Assembly: GCA_026770705.1 (NCBI GenBank)
Contig: JANJGN010000014.1
Span: 125,364,001-125,428,000 of the forward strand
Source: Isurus oxyrinchus
Lineage: Eukaryota
Direction of reading: 5' to 3'
DNA: 64,000 bases
The notes under the pieces were generated by a model, which was not told where the DNA came from, searched no databases, and was given only the letters and a program-made list of their open reading frames with translations. Below, in pieces: positions 38,851 through 50,875 of this stretch; the first letter of the stretch is position 1; each line of letters begins with the position of its first letter. A program made the position numbers and the translations under genes.

Positions 38851-39768
38851 TTAGTTTGGGTTCTGCCAGAATCACTATTTCCGGACCTCAGACAGCCTTG
38901 GTTCAAACATGGACAAAACAGCTAAATTCCAGAGATGAGGTGAGAGCGATTGTCCTTGACATCAAGGCAGTATTTGACTAAGTATGGCATCAAGGAGCCC
39001 TAGCAAAATTGTAGTCAATCAGAATCGGGGAAAACTGTCAGCTGGTTGGAGTCATACCTATCACAAAGGAAGATGGTTGTGGTTGTTGGAAGTCAATCAT
39101 CTCAGCTCCAGGATATCATTGCATGAGTTCCTCAGGTAGCGTCCTAGGCCCAACCATCTTCAACTGTTTCTTCAATGACCTGCATCACAAGGTCAGAAGT
39201 AGGGATGTTCGCTGATGGTTGCATGATGCTCAGCACCATTAGCGACTCCTCAGATAGTGAAGCAGTCCATTTCTAAATGCAGCAAGACCTGGACAATATC
39301 CAGGCTTTGGCTGATAAGTGGCAAGTAGCGTTTGCGCCTCTCTAGTGCCAGGCAATGACCATCTCTAACAAGAGAGAATCTAACCATCACCCCTTGATGT
39401 TCAATGGCACTACCATTCACTGAATTCCCTATGATCAACCAGAAAGGAACCGGACTGGCCATATAAATACTGTGGCTGCAAGAGCAGGTCAGAAGCCAAG
39501 AATCCTGCAGCGAGTAACTCACCACTGACTCCCCAAAGCCTGTCCACTATCTACAAGCCATGACTCAGGAGTGTGATGGAATATTCCCCACTTGCCTGAA
39601 TGAGTGCAGCTCCAACAACACTTAAGAAGCTTGACATCATCCAGGACAAAGCAGCTCACTTGATTGGCACCCCATTGACAAACATTCACTCCCTCCACCA
39701 CTGATGCACAGTGGCAGCAGTGTGTACCATCTACAAGATGCACTGCAAGAACTCACCAAGATTCCTTA

Positions 39769-40157
39769 GACATAAGACCATAAGCCATAGGGCAGAAGTA
39801 GGCCACTCATCCATCAAGTCTGCTCCGCCATTCAATGAGATCATGGCTGATCTGATAATCCTCAACTCCACTTTCCTGGCTTTTTCCCATAGCCCTTGAT
39901 TCATTTACTGATTAAAAATCTGTCTATCTTAGCCTTGAATGTACTTAATGACCCAACCTCTACAGCTCTCTGCGGGAAAGAATTCCACAGATTCATTACC
40001 CTTTGAGGGAGGAAATTCCTCCTTATATCTGTCTTAAATGGGTGACCCCTTACTCTGAGATTATGGCCTCTGGTCCTAGACTCTCCCACAAGGGGAAACA
40101 GCCTCTCAGCATCTACCCTGTCAAGGCCCCTAAGAATCTTATATGTTTCAATAAGGT
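39769..40157 (-). mobile_element. CR1 3' end nested in the family-A LINE
   Basis: NLIETYKILRGLDRVDAERLFPLVGESRTRGHNLRVRGHPFKT..RRNF.PQRVMNLWNS. Confidence 0.92.
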
Positions 40158-40450
40158 TGACACACATTTCAAACCCACAACCACTACCATCTAGAAGGAC
40201 AAGGGCAGCAGACACATGGGAACACCACAATCATCTGGAAATTCCCCTCTAAGACTCTCACCACACTAACTTGGAAATATATCACCATTCCTTCACTTTC
40301 GCTGGGTCAAAATACTGCAATTCGCTTCCTAACAGCACTGTTGGTGTACCTACAACACAAAGACTGCAGCAATTGAAGAAGGCAGCTCCCCATCACCTAC
40401 TCACAGGCCTAGCCAGCAATGCCAACATCCCATGAATGAATAAAAAAAAC

Positions 40451-40682
40451 CATCAAGCAGCAATTTTCAGATCTTAACTTCTCGCTGCATGAAAAAGTTT
40501 ATCCTCATGTTTGCTTCTTTTTCGAATTACCTTAAATCTGTGCCCTTTTATTCTCGGTGCTTCCACTAGTGGGAACTATTTTCCAGACTCCTCATAGTTT
40601 TGAATACCTGTGTCAAATCTCCTCTCAACTTTCCCTTCGCCAAGGAAAACTGTCCCAACTTCTCCAAGCTATCTACATAACT
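40451..40682 (-). mobile_element. CR1 3'-region fragment
   Basis: LEKLGQFSLAKGKLRGDLTQVFKTMR. Homologous to 41680-41925 in inverted orientation. Confidence 0.8.
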
Positions 40683-40684
40683 AG

Positions 40685-42105
40685 ATAGATTGCATCCAAG
40701 GATACTGAGGGAAATGGGAGTGGAAATTGGGGCGGCACTGTCCATAATTTTTAAATCTTTCTTAGGCTCAGGGCTGGTGCCAAAGGACTGGAGAATTGCA
40801 AACATTGTATCCTTGTTCAAAAAAGTATGTACAGATAAGCCCAGCAACTACAGGCCAGTCAGTTTAATTTTGGTTGTGGAGAAACATCTAGAAACAATAA
40901 ATGGGGAGAACATCAATTGTCATTTGGACAGATGCGGGTTAATTAAGGAAAGCCGGCATGGATTTCTTAAGGGAAAATAATGTATATCTAACTTGTTTGT
41001 GTTTTTTGATGAGCTAACAGAGAATTGATGACGGTAATGTTGAAGTCATATACATGGGCTTACTTGTGAGCAATGTTAGAGCTTATAGAATAAAAGGGAC
41101 AGTTGCAACGTGGATACGAAATTGGCTGAATGACAAACGAAACAGAGAGTAGTGGTTGATGGATGTTTTCGGACTAGAGGGAGGAGTTTCTTGGGTCAGT
41201 GTTTGGACTCCTGCTCTTCCTGATGTAAATAAATTACCTATACCTTGGTGTACAAGGCACAATTTCAAATTTTGGGGATGATACAAAATTGGAAGTATTG
41301 TGAACTGTGAGGAGGATAGTGTAGAACTTCAAAAGGACATAGACAGGTTGAAGTGATTCATTTTAGCAGAATGCAGAGAGACAATATAAATTAAAAGGTA
41401 TCATTCTAAAGGGCTTGCAGGAGCAGAGGGAACTAGATGTATATGTGCATAAATTATTGAAGGTTGGCAGGCCAGGTTGAGAGTATGGTTAATAAAGCAT
41501 ACAGGAGCCTAGAGTACAAAAGCAAGGAAGTTATGTTAAACTTGTGTAAAACATTGGTTCGATCTCAACAGGAGTATTGTGTTCAGTTCTGGGTGCCACA
41601 TTTTAGGAAGGATGTGAAGGCATTAGAGTGCAAAAAAGATTCACGAGAATGGTTCCAGGGATGAAGAATTTCAGTCACATAGATAGATTGGAGAAGTTAG
41701 AACTGTTTTTGTTGGAGAAGAGAAGGTTAAGAGGAGATTTGATAGATGTATTCAAAATCATGAGGGGTCTAGACAGAGAGATTGGGAGAAGCTATTCCCA
41801 TTGGTGGAAGGATCGAGAACCAAAGGGCACAGACTTAAGGTAATTGGCAAAAGAAACAATGACGACATGAGGGAAAACTTTTTTCATGCAGCGAGTGGTT
41901 AGGATCTGGAATGCACTATTTGGTGGAGGCAGATTCAATAAAGGCAATTCAACAGGTAATTTGATCAGTATCTGAATAGGAAGAATGTGCACGGCTACTA
42001 AGAAAAGGTGGGGGTATGACAGTAGGTGAATTGCCCCCTCACAGGGCCAGCACAAACACAACGGGCCAAACATCCTCCTCCTGTGCTGTAAACATTCTGT
42101 GATTC
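40685..42105 (+). mobile_element. CR1 RT to 3' end, degraded
   Basis: HPRILRE...DWRIANIVSLFKK...NYRPVSL, HGFLKGK, KTLVRSQQEYCVQFW.PH, RRLRGDLIDVFKI. Confidence 0.9.
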
Positions 42106-42164
42106 TTTTTTTTTTAATTACTTAAAATTTTCCTTTGATTTTGTCATTACAATGATACAACACA

Positions 42165-43357
42165 AAATTCATTGACATTTAGAAAAGTTTGGGCTAATTA
42201 ATGAAAGCCAGCATTGGTGTGTTAAAGGGAAATCCTGTTTGACCAACTTGATCAGGTTCTTAGATGAAGTAAAGGCGAGAGAGTTGATAAAGAGAATGAA
42301 GTTGATGTTGAGTATATGGACTTTCAAAAGGGGTATGGCAAAATGGAATATGATAGACATTAGCAAATTTAAAGGCCACAGGATTATTGAGGCACTGGCA
42401 GCATAGGTACAAAATGGCTAAGGGACAGAAAGCAGGGAGTAGTGGAGAATGGCTGCTTTCAGACCAGAAGGAAGTGTACAGTGGTGGTCCACAGGGCTCG
42501 GTATTAGGACCACAGCTCCTTTCAATATATAATAATGATCTGGACTTGGGTACACAAGGCATAATCTCAAAGTTTGCAGATGATATGGAACTCAGAAGTG
42601 TAGTAAATAATGAGGAAGGTAGTAAAGGACTTCAGGAGAACATAGATTGTTGAAATGGGCAGACACATAGGAAATATTATTTAATGTAGAGAAGTGTGAA
42701 GTGATATATTTTAGTAGGAAGTATGAAGGAAGGAATTATGAATTAGATGGTACAATTTTAAAGGGGATGCAGGAATAGAGAGACCTGGGATTGTATGTAC
42801 ACATATTTTTATAGCAGGCTGTTGTGCTTCTATTTCTTACTCTTGAACACAAAGGCACCAAACACTTAAATGGGATTGGTAAACTCAAATGTGGGTTCTT
42901 TATTCATGAAAATTAAGTAGCACATGTACAATCTTGGAAAGCTCTTGGGAACACACCTTACGTAGATGACTACATACTGCAGACTATCTACCATGTGGTA
43001 CCTTACATCATTTCCTATCTGGTGATGTATATAAACCATAGCCACACCTACTTGCAGGGAATCATGGGATATGAGGAAGGGGCGGGAAAATGGTATCAAA
43101 GCCCAAGATCAGCCATGATCATATTGAATGGTGGAGAAGGCTTGATGGGCCAAATGGTCTACTCTTGCTCCTATTTCTTGGGTTCTTGTATTAAGGTATA
43201 CCACAAAAGTGGCAGGACAAGTTGAGAAAGTTATTTGTAAAAAACAGATGAGGTCTTTGGCTTTAATAGTGGAGGTATAGAGTACATGAACAAGGAAGTT
43301 ATGGTAACCCTTTATGAAAAATGGTTAGGCCACAGCTGGAGTATTGTGTTCAATTCT
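42165..43357 (+). mobile_element. CR1 RT fragment with nested unknown insert (~42820-43075) and CR1 3' tip (~43077-43190)
   Basis: [22 protein letters not shown]...ISKFADD. Resumes at about 43200 (gtggcaggacaagttgag...ctggagtattgtgttcaattct). Confidence 0.8.
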
Positions 43358-44071
43358 TTGGAATTCTTTGAAGTGCTACTCTGGGTATATAACTGCAAGT
43401 GCTCACTCTTTGATATATTTCATTCTTCACAATAAACACAGACTCATTTAAAAGGATATGTGGTCACACATTTTGATCAATAATCTTTCCTAATGCTTTT
43501 TTGATCTGAACAGATCAGTAGATGTGACAGTCACTCACTTGCATGAATCATTCTGATGTGTGTTCACCGTGAAACAAGCTCAATTTTATCTTTTTAAATA
43601 AATTAATAATGAATCCATAAATGCCATTTCTAACTTTTCCCCGATATTGAGTGCCCTAGGTCATAGTTTCTTACAGTTTGCAAGAAGCAGTGGTCATTTA
43701 CAGTTTGACGGTGGTTGACATTAAAAGCGCTGAATAAATGTATTTTAATAATCAATCTAAATGATTACCACACATTATTTATTTCCTCACTTGACGGAGA
43801 GGTTTTAATATATTTAATATTTTGTTTATTTTAATTTCCTTTTGAACTGTGAGCTGAGAGAGACACGCAAGCATACATTTTAAATTGACAATTGCTCATA
43901 AAACACTTAAATCAAAGACTGACAGATTTCTTTTAACTAAGAATGCTTTGAATCGACACAGGTCAGTTGGTTTTGATTTATAATCCATAAACTAATTGCT
44001 TCCCACCACTACTTCAAATTTATATCAGTTAACAAATAGTAGAAAGAAATAAGTTTATTCTAAAACTTATA

Positions 44072-44626
44072 GGGCAGTATTTTTGCTGTCCTTCATGGAG
44101 AATTTGGTGACGAGAGGGCATTTAATTGGGCACGATGATGGCAGGTTGGGACATTGATGGTGGTGATGTGGGGTGGCCCTTGTTGAAAGTCATTCAGGGC
44201 CTGATTGAGAGACACAACATCGAGCAGGACAGGGAGGGTTGCGCTGAGAATACCCACCCACCCCTCACCCAGGCCTCGCTGCAACCGCTACAGCCCTCTG
44301 CCCTGTGACCCCCACCTGGCGAAACCTCTCCTGCCATCATTCACCTCTGGCCTGGGTTGCTCCATGATGCAGAGCCTCCGGTTTGTGTCAATCCCTGGTG
44401 GCGCTGCTGTTCAACAGAGCTGCCGGCTTCTGCTTGGCTGTTCCCAACGGGTGGGACCTCCCTGGGGTCCTGATCCTGTGGAAGGCCGGCTGGTGACCTC
44501 TCAGCTGCCTGATTGGCACATAATACCAGCGGGCCTTCTCGGGGGTGGCAGTGTGGGTCATGCACTAGCTCTGCAGCCAGTGACTGAGAGCCCTGTTGTC
44601 ACCCCATAGTCTGACTAAAATACCCA
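44072..44626. mobile_element. GC-rich non-autonomous DNA-transposon-like repeat (possibly PIF/Harbinger MITE)
   Basis: Abrupt GC-rich block with degenerate inverted ends gggcagtatttt...aaaataccc. Shares motifs (ctgattggc, cagctct, taattgg) with 63191-63812. Confidence 0.45.
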
Positions 44627-44859
44627 GTAATCTTATCATCGTGTGCTACAACAAAATGCCTGAAATTTCTAAACGGTAACCTGCACTTGAATCAATAATT
44701 CCTTTTTCAGGAAGTAGGTGTCACAAGAGGATCATCTGGACATTGCTGGAATGTATTGACAGCCAATTCATAATCTGAATTGTTTACATCCTTCACTTCA
44801 CCCAGCTACACTGCTGCTGCTCTTATTGTCTATATGTGCACAAGCATGTTAATGAATAA

Positions 44860-45835
44860 CAACAGCAACGTACATTTATTTAGCATTTTTAACATTGTAA
44901 AATGTCACAATGAGCTTCACAGAAGCATTAAAGCAGTTTGACACTGAGCCATACAAAGAGGTGATCAAAAAATTGGTCCAAGAGGTTGGCTTTATGGAAC
45001 GTCTTAAAGGAGAAAAAAGGGGTAGAGTAGTGGAGAAATGTGGGGCAGGGATTCCAGAGCTTCGGGCCTCAACAGATAAAACATGTGGCTGACAGTGATC
45101 ACAGAATCACAGAGTGCAGAAGAGGCCCTTCGGCCCATCGAGTCTGCACCGACACGTGAGAAACAACTGACCTACCTACCTAATCCCATTTTCCAGCACT
45201 TGGCCTATAGCCTTGAATGTTATGACGTGCCAAGTGCTCATCCAGGTACTTTTTAAAGGATGTGAGGCAACCCGCCTCCACCACCCTCCCAGGCAGTGCA
45301 TTCCAGTCCGTCACCACCCTCTGGGTAAAAAAGCTTTTCCTCACATCCTTCCTAAACCTCCTGCCCCTCACCTTGAACTTATGTCCCCTTGTGACTGACC
45401 CTTCAACTAAGGAAAACAGCTGCTCCCCATCCATCCTGTCCATGCCCCTCAAAATCTTGTACACCTCGATCAGGTCATCCTTCAGTCTTCTCAGCTCCAA
45501 CGAAAACAACCCAAGTCTATCCAACCTCTCTTCATAACTTAAATGTTTCATCCCAGGCAATATCCTGGTGAATCTCCTCTGCACCCCCTCCAGTGATGGA
45601 GCGATGAAATCAGGAATGTCCAAAAGGCCAGATTTGGAGGAGAACAGAGATCTTGGAGGCTTGCAGTTACAGAAGTTACAGAAATTGGAGGAGAAGGGGT
45701 CCATGGAAGGAATTGAAAACATGGATTAGAATTTAAAATGGAGGTGTTGCCAGACTTGTAGCCAATATATGTCAGAAAACACAATGGTGTTGGATGAATA
45801 GAACTTGGTGTGAGTTAGGATATGGACAGCAAAGT
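44860..45835 (-). mobile_element. L2 3' fragment split by a CR1 insertion
   Basis: Tail aacaacagcaacgtacatttatttagc at 44860. L2 sequence resumes at 45598. Confidence 0.75.
45100..45590 (-). mobile_element. Young CR1 3' insertion with open C-terminal frame
   Basis: LEGVQRRFTRILPGMKHLSYEERLDRLGLFSLE...QRVVTDWNALP. 7-bp TSD cagtgat (45093-45099, 45591-45597). Confidence 0.92.
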
Positions 45836-46754
45836 GTCTATTGAAAGAAGCAAATAATGATTACAAATTTTTTAAAAAATTTTATGTCCCCAAAACTAAA
45901 ACAAGACTAGCATTGTCCAAAAAAGAAATGTTTCCAGCAGCAATTTCAGGTCATTTGTTGACTGCTGATTAATGCAGAGTATTAGGACCCGCTGCTAATC
46001 TTCTTGTATTCATGCCCTTTGGACCAACAATTGGCATGGTATCCAAACTCAAATGCCTGCATCATGTGCTTTGATTAATGAGTTCGCACAATTGTCTATT
46101 ATTTTACATTAATACAATGATGTAAATCCCAGATACAACTGCTTGTAACAGCACCACCCAGTGGTACGAATAGCACATCTCTACAAAAAAATGCATTGAA
46201 CCTCAATCCAGCATGTTCAAGGATCAAGAAGAACACATGGAAAATAACCCCAGTTGCCAGTAAATCTAAGGTATTACAGGTTGTAAATCTACAACATAAA
46301 TCTCTTTGCTGGAATTTTATTTTGTTTCTTTCCTCCCTTTTGCACTGGCTTGTTACAGTGAAAATTTAAAATTTTCAATACAGCTCCAAGCTCCAGAAAT
46401 GTTACATAGAAACATTGAAATTAGGAGCAGGAGTAGGTTGTTCGGCCCTTTGAGCCGGATCTGCCATTCAATATGATCGTGGCTGGTCCTCTGTCTCAAT
46501 GTCAAATGTTGATTGCTCACTTGGTACAATTCCAAGGAGAGTGGCCATTGTTCATGTATGAGGCATGGTGGTGATTTTCGGGAACCTACTTAACCGTGAA
46601 AGGCATCATAACCAATCCCAATTATGTCCTTGCTAAACGTTGACCCGCTTCTCACAGCAGTTACTGAAAACCAACTAGCCCCAACCAATTTTACCCTGGT
46701 TGAAAGATTATCTGCAACAGTATATCATAAAAATGTGTTTATTTATTTAATAAT

Positions 46755-49260
46755 TTTCATTGGTTCAAGGAATGTGGCCCAGAATTTATTGCCCATCCTT
46801 AATTGCCCTTGAGAAGGTGGTGGGGAGTACCTTCTCAAACTACTGCAACCCACAGTGCGGTTAGGGGAGGAGTTTCAAAATTTTGACCCAGCGATAATGA
46901 AGGAACGACATGGTGACTTGGAGGGGAACATGGACACTGTGGTGTTTCCTTGAGCTGGCTGCTCTTGTCCTCCTAGTTTGAGTGTGAGAAACTTGGGTCA
47001 GAACAACTGTGCTAAACTTAAATAAGGGTAATTACAAAGGAATGAGGGCAAAGTTGCCTGGAGCAGACAGGGAAAGGAGTTTAGCAGAAAAGACAGTTGA
47101 TGGACAATGGCAAATGTTTAAGAAAATAGTTCATGACTCACAACAAAGATATATCCCAGTGAGAAAGAAGGATTCTAGGAAGGGGATAAACCAACCATGA
47201 TTAACCAAGGAAGTTAAGGATAGTATCAAATTGAAAGAAAAAACATACAACATGGCAAAGATTAGTGGTAAGCCAGAGGATTGAAAAAGTTTTAAAATCC
47301 AACAAAAGATGACGAAAAAAATAATAAAGAGGGAGAAAATAAACTTTGAGGGTAAGCTAGCAAGTAATACAAAAATGGACAATAAGAGCTTCTTTAAATA
47401 TATAAAAAGGAAGAGAGAGGTCAAAGTGAACATAGGCCCCTTAGAGAATGAGGCTGGGAAAATAATAATAGGGAACCAGAAAATGGCAGAGGAGTTGAAT
47501 AAATATTTGCATCAGTCTTCGTGACAAAACACACTATTAGCATTCCAAAAATACTAAATAATCAAGGGGAAAAAGGGGTGGAGAAAATAAGCACAATAAC
47601 TATCATGAGAGAAAACATGCTAGGGAATCTAGTGGGGCTAAAGGCCGATAAGTCCCTTGGACCTAATGGGTTGCATCCTAGGATATTAAAGGAAGTTGCT
47701 ATACAAATGGTTGATGCACTGGTAGCAATCCATTTGGAAAAAAACCCATTTATTCCCACTCTCTGTTTCTGGTCTGTCAACCAATTCTCAATCCATGCCA
47801 GTATATTACTCCTGATCCCATGTGCTTTAATTTTTCCCACTAGACTCTTAAACAGGACCTTATCAAAATTCTTCTTGAAATCCAAATGCACCACATCCAC
47901 TGGTTCTCCTTTATCTATTCTACTAGTTACTCCAGTAGATTAATTAAGCATGATTTCCCTTTCATAAACCCATGCTGACTTTGGCTAATCCTATTAGCAT
48001 GGATAGAAGATTAGCTAACTAATAGAGGACTGATAGTTGGGATAAGAGGGGCATTTTCAGGATGGCAACCTGTAACTAGTGGAGTGCCACAGGGATCAGT
48101 GCTGGGGCCACAACTATTTACCATACGTATTGATTTAGATGAGGGAAGTGAATGTACTATTGCCAATTTTAGGATGACACAAAAATAAGTGGGAAGGCAA
48201 GTGATGAGGATGACATAAAGAGTCTACTGAGGGATATAGACAGGTTAAGTGAGTGGGCAAAAACTTGGCAGATGGAATATAATGTGGGAAATTGTGAGGT
48301 TATGCATTTTGGCAGGAAGAATAGAGGAGCTGAAATATTAAATATTGAGTAGTTAAATGGAGAAAAACTGCAGAAAGCTACAGCACAGAGGGATTTGGGA
48401 GTCTTCATGCATGAATCCCAAAAAGCTAACATACAGGTAATAGGGAAGGCAAATGGAATGTTGGCCTTTATTTCAAAGGGAATGGAGTATAAAAATAGGG
48501 AAGTCTTGCTAAACCTATACAAAGCACTAGTTAGACCACATCTAGGATACTGAACAGTTTTGGTCCCCTTATCTAAGGAAAGATTTCCTGGCATTGGAGG
48601 CAGTCCAGAGAAGGTTCACTAGGTTGATCCCAGGTATGGAGGGATCTTCTTATGAGGAGAGGTTGAGTAGGTTGGGCCTGTACTCACTGGAGTTTAGAAG
48701 AACGAGAGGCAACCTTATTGAAACATATAAGATTCTTAGGGGGCTTAACAGGGTAGATGCTGAGAGGTTGTTTCCCCTTCTGGGAGAGTCTAGGATCAGA
48801 GGACATAATCTCAGAGTAAAGGGTCACCCACTTAAGACAGATGAGGAGGAATTTCTTCTCTTAGAGGTCAGTGAATCTGTGGAATTCTTTACTGCAGAGG
48901 GCTGTGGAGGCTGGGTCATTAAATATATTCAAGGCTGAGATAGACAGATTTATTAATCAGTAAGGGAATCTAGAGTTATGGGGAAAAGGCAATAAAGTGG
49001 AGTTGCTGATCTGATTGAATGGTGGAGCAGACTCGATGGGTCGAATGGCCTACTTCTGCTCCTACATCTTATGGTTTTATGGTCATCAGTTCAGGAGGTG
49101 CTGCTGAAGAAGCCTAAGTGAGTTGCCGCAGTGCATCTTGTGGATGGTATACACTGCTGCCACTGATCATCGGTGGTGGAAGGCATTAATGTTTAAGATG
49201 GTGAATGCAGGCTGCTTTCTCATGGATGGTCTCAAGCTTCTTGATTTTTATCGCAATTGT
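46755..49260 (-). mobile_element. Family-A LINE 3' remnant (46755-46975 and 49090-49260) split by a CR1
   Basis: atttattgcccatccttaattgcccttgagaagg...gctcttgtcctcctag, continuing as aggtgctgctgaagaagcct...gcagtgcatcttgt. Confidence 0.7.
46980..49082 (+). mobile_element. CR1 ORF2 (tether-RT-3' end) with an internal inverted segment 47731-47990
   Basis: [61 protein letters not shown]1 tail at about 49070. Confidence 0.9.
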
Positions 49261-49269
49261 ATAGTCTTC

Positions 49270-49545
49270 CCTAGCAACAGAAGTGGTCCCAATGTCCCAG
49301 GAATCTGAAACCCTCCTTTCTACACACTTCTTCCAGCCACTCATTGACAATCCTAACTTTTTTCTCCATCTGATCTAATGCGTGACAGTGGGAGTAATCC
49401 AAAGATTAAACCCCTGTTGGTTCCAATCTTTAGTCTGGGATTTAACTCCTTAAAATCTCTTTGTAAAACCTTAGATATTCTCCTATCCATGTCATTGGTT
49501 TCCATAATAAGCATAACCCCTGGAAGCTCACTCTCCCATTCCATA
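49270..49545 (-). mobile_element. CR1 ORF1 (SGNH esterase-like) remnant
   Basis: ETNDM...VLQRDFKEL..RLK...IFGLLP and FRFLGHWD, homologous to 56128-56400. Confidence 0.7.
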
Positions 49546-49757
49546 ATTGTCATTGCAATTCAAAAGAATTATAATGTAAACAAAAATATTTTAAAATATT
49601 TCTGAGAGATGTGATAAGGTGTTATATAAATGTAATTTTTTTTGAGAGAGAGAGAATTGTCTAAATAATACTGTAGAAAATTTAAAACAATCACTAAGGA
49701 ACTCAACATATATGATCCTTCTTATTGGATGAGACCTTCAGTTCTTTTAAGAAATAA

Positions 49758-50125
49758 AGGACGTGCATTTATACCACTGTTTTCAAAACCTCTGGATTTC
49801 CCAATGTGTTTCACCATCAGCTATATTTTTAAGTACAGTTGCAGTTGTTTTGTAGGCACTTTGCACATGTGAGATCCCACAAACAACAATAAGATAAATG
49901 AAAAATGAAAGCTGGTGTTGTTGAAATTAATATTGGCCGAAACCGGGAGAATCTCTTACCCTTCTTTAAAATAATACCTTGTGATCTTTTAGGTCCTCTT
50001 GGACAGTCAGATCAGGTCTTGGTTCAACACTTCATTTGAAAGACACATTTTAATATTTATGATCTTTTTGTCCTTTTCAAGGCAAAGTATGCCACCTAGG
50101 GTAAGGATTGAGTGTGATGACAGCT
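49758..50125 (-). mobile_element. Deu-domain SINE remnant
   Basis: aatattggcc..accgggagaatctc...cttctttaaaataatacc.tgtgatctttta...cttggttcaacacttcatttgaaagac is the reverse Deu core. Confidence 0.65.
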
Positions 50126-50607
50126 CTCTCTCAGCTAACATCCAATCATAGCACTCATACTTCTTGGAAGCATAGACATTTTGTTGGCATGAGCACATCA
50201 CAAAATTTTCGCAGTCAGCATGCTGCGGATCTCTTGGAGAACAACCAGTGGCCATTTAAAAGAGCATATGGCATTGTGATTGTACTGCAGGACACTTTGC
50301 AACGAATCAAGATTCCTGGTGACTTTTCAATTTTAGGCAGGGAGGCCTGTTAGGTCACTAGTCAGACTTGCTTGAAAGAATTATGTAAATTAATCTGGTG
50401 GCTGTAACTGTGTCTCAAATAGTTACAGACGGATGATCAGCAGCATTTCCATTAATGGCATAAGGATGCTTCAGGCCTCTTCCTGCTGTTGCTGCAGTTG
50501 TATTAAAACTGAGACCAGGCTAGCATGCAGAGTGGGTCATCAGCAACTTTGTCTTTAATGTTATGTGGGCTGCCAACAAATGGCAGACGGTTTCTCTGGG
50601 TGAATTA

Positions 50608-50875
50608 TTGTACATACTCGTGTAGAAGTTGAATTTTTGAGACTTTTTTTCGGGGGGGGGGGCGGCCAGAAGTCATGAGGTCAGCTTTTACATGGGTAAT
50701 GTTTTTGAGGGGTTGACAGGTGTTTAATTTGAGTCCAAGTGAAATCCAAAAAGGGCTTTGATCCCTGAAAAACGTGGTTTGACTTTTAAACAAACTATAT
50801 GAACAATTACCGTTTTTTAGGCCAAAAATCATAGGGTTGACCTTACATGGGATCAAATTTTACACGTGCATACAG
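50608..50875. mobile_element. Degenerate Tc1/mariner (Tc2/pogo-like) MITE
   Basis: Left tgtacatactcgtgtagaagttga versus right tcaaattttacacgtgcataca (inverted). Internal degenerate TCGACTTATACACG-like repeats at about 50680, 50836, 50852. Confidence 0.55.

Larger units (their letters stand above)
36290..40450 (+). mobile_element. Family-A LINE (APE to 3' end), deleted and broken by nested insertions
   Basis: LGVLNSDSGSHE (36.4 kb), KLCSPATSSREWWWTIKQLTG...KAMGPDN (38.1-38.45 kb), RT 38.85-39.77 kb, 3' end catcccatgaatgaataaaaaaa. Confidence 0.85.

Noticed and set aside
46151-46164. CTCF-like CCACTGGGTGGTGC on the minus strand
   Set aside because: Two mismatches at core positions.
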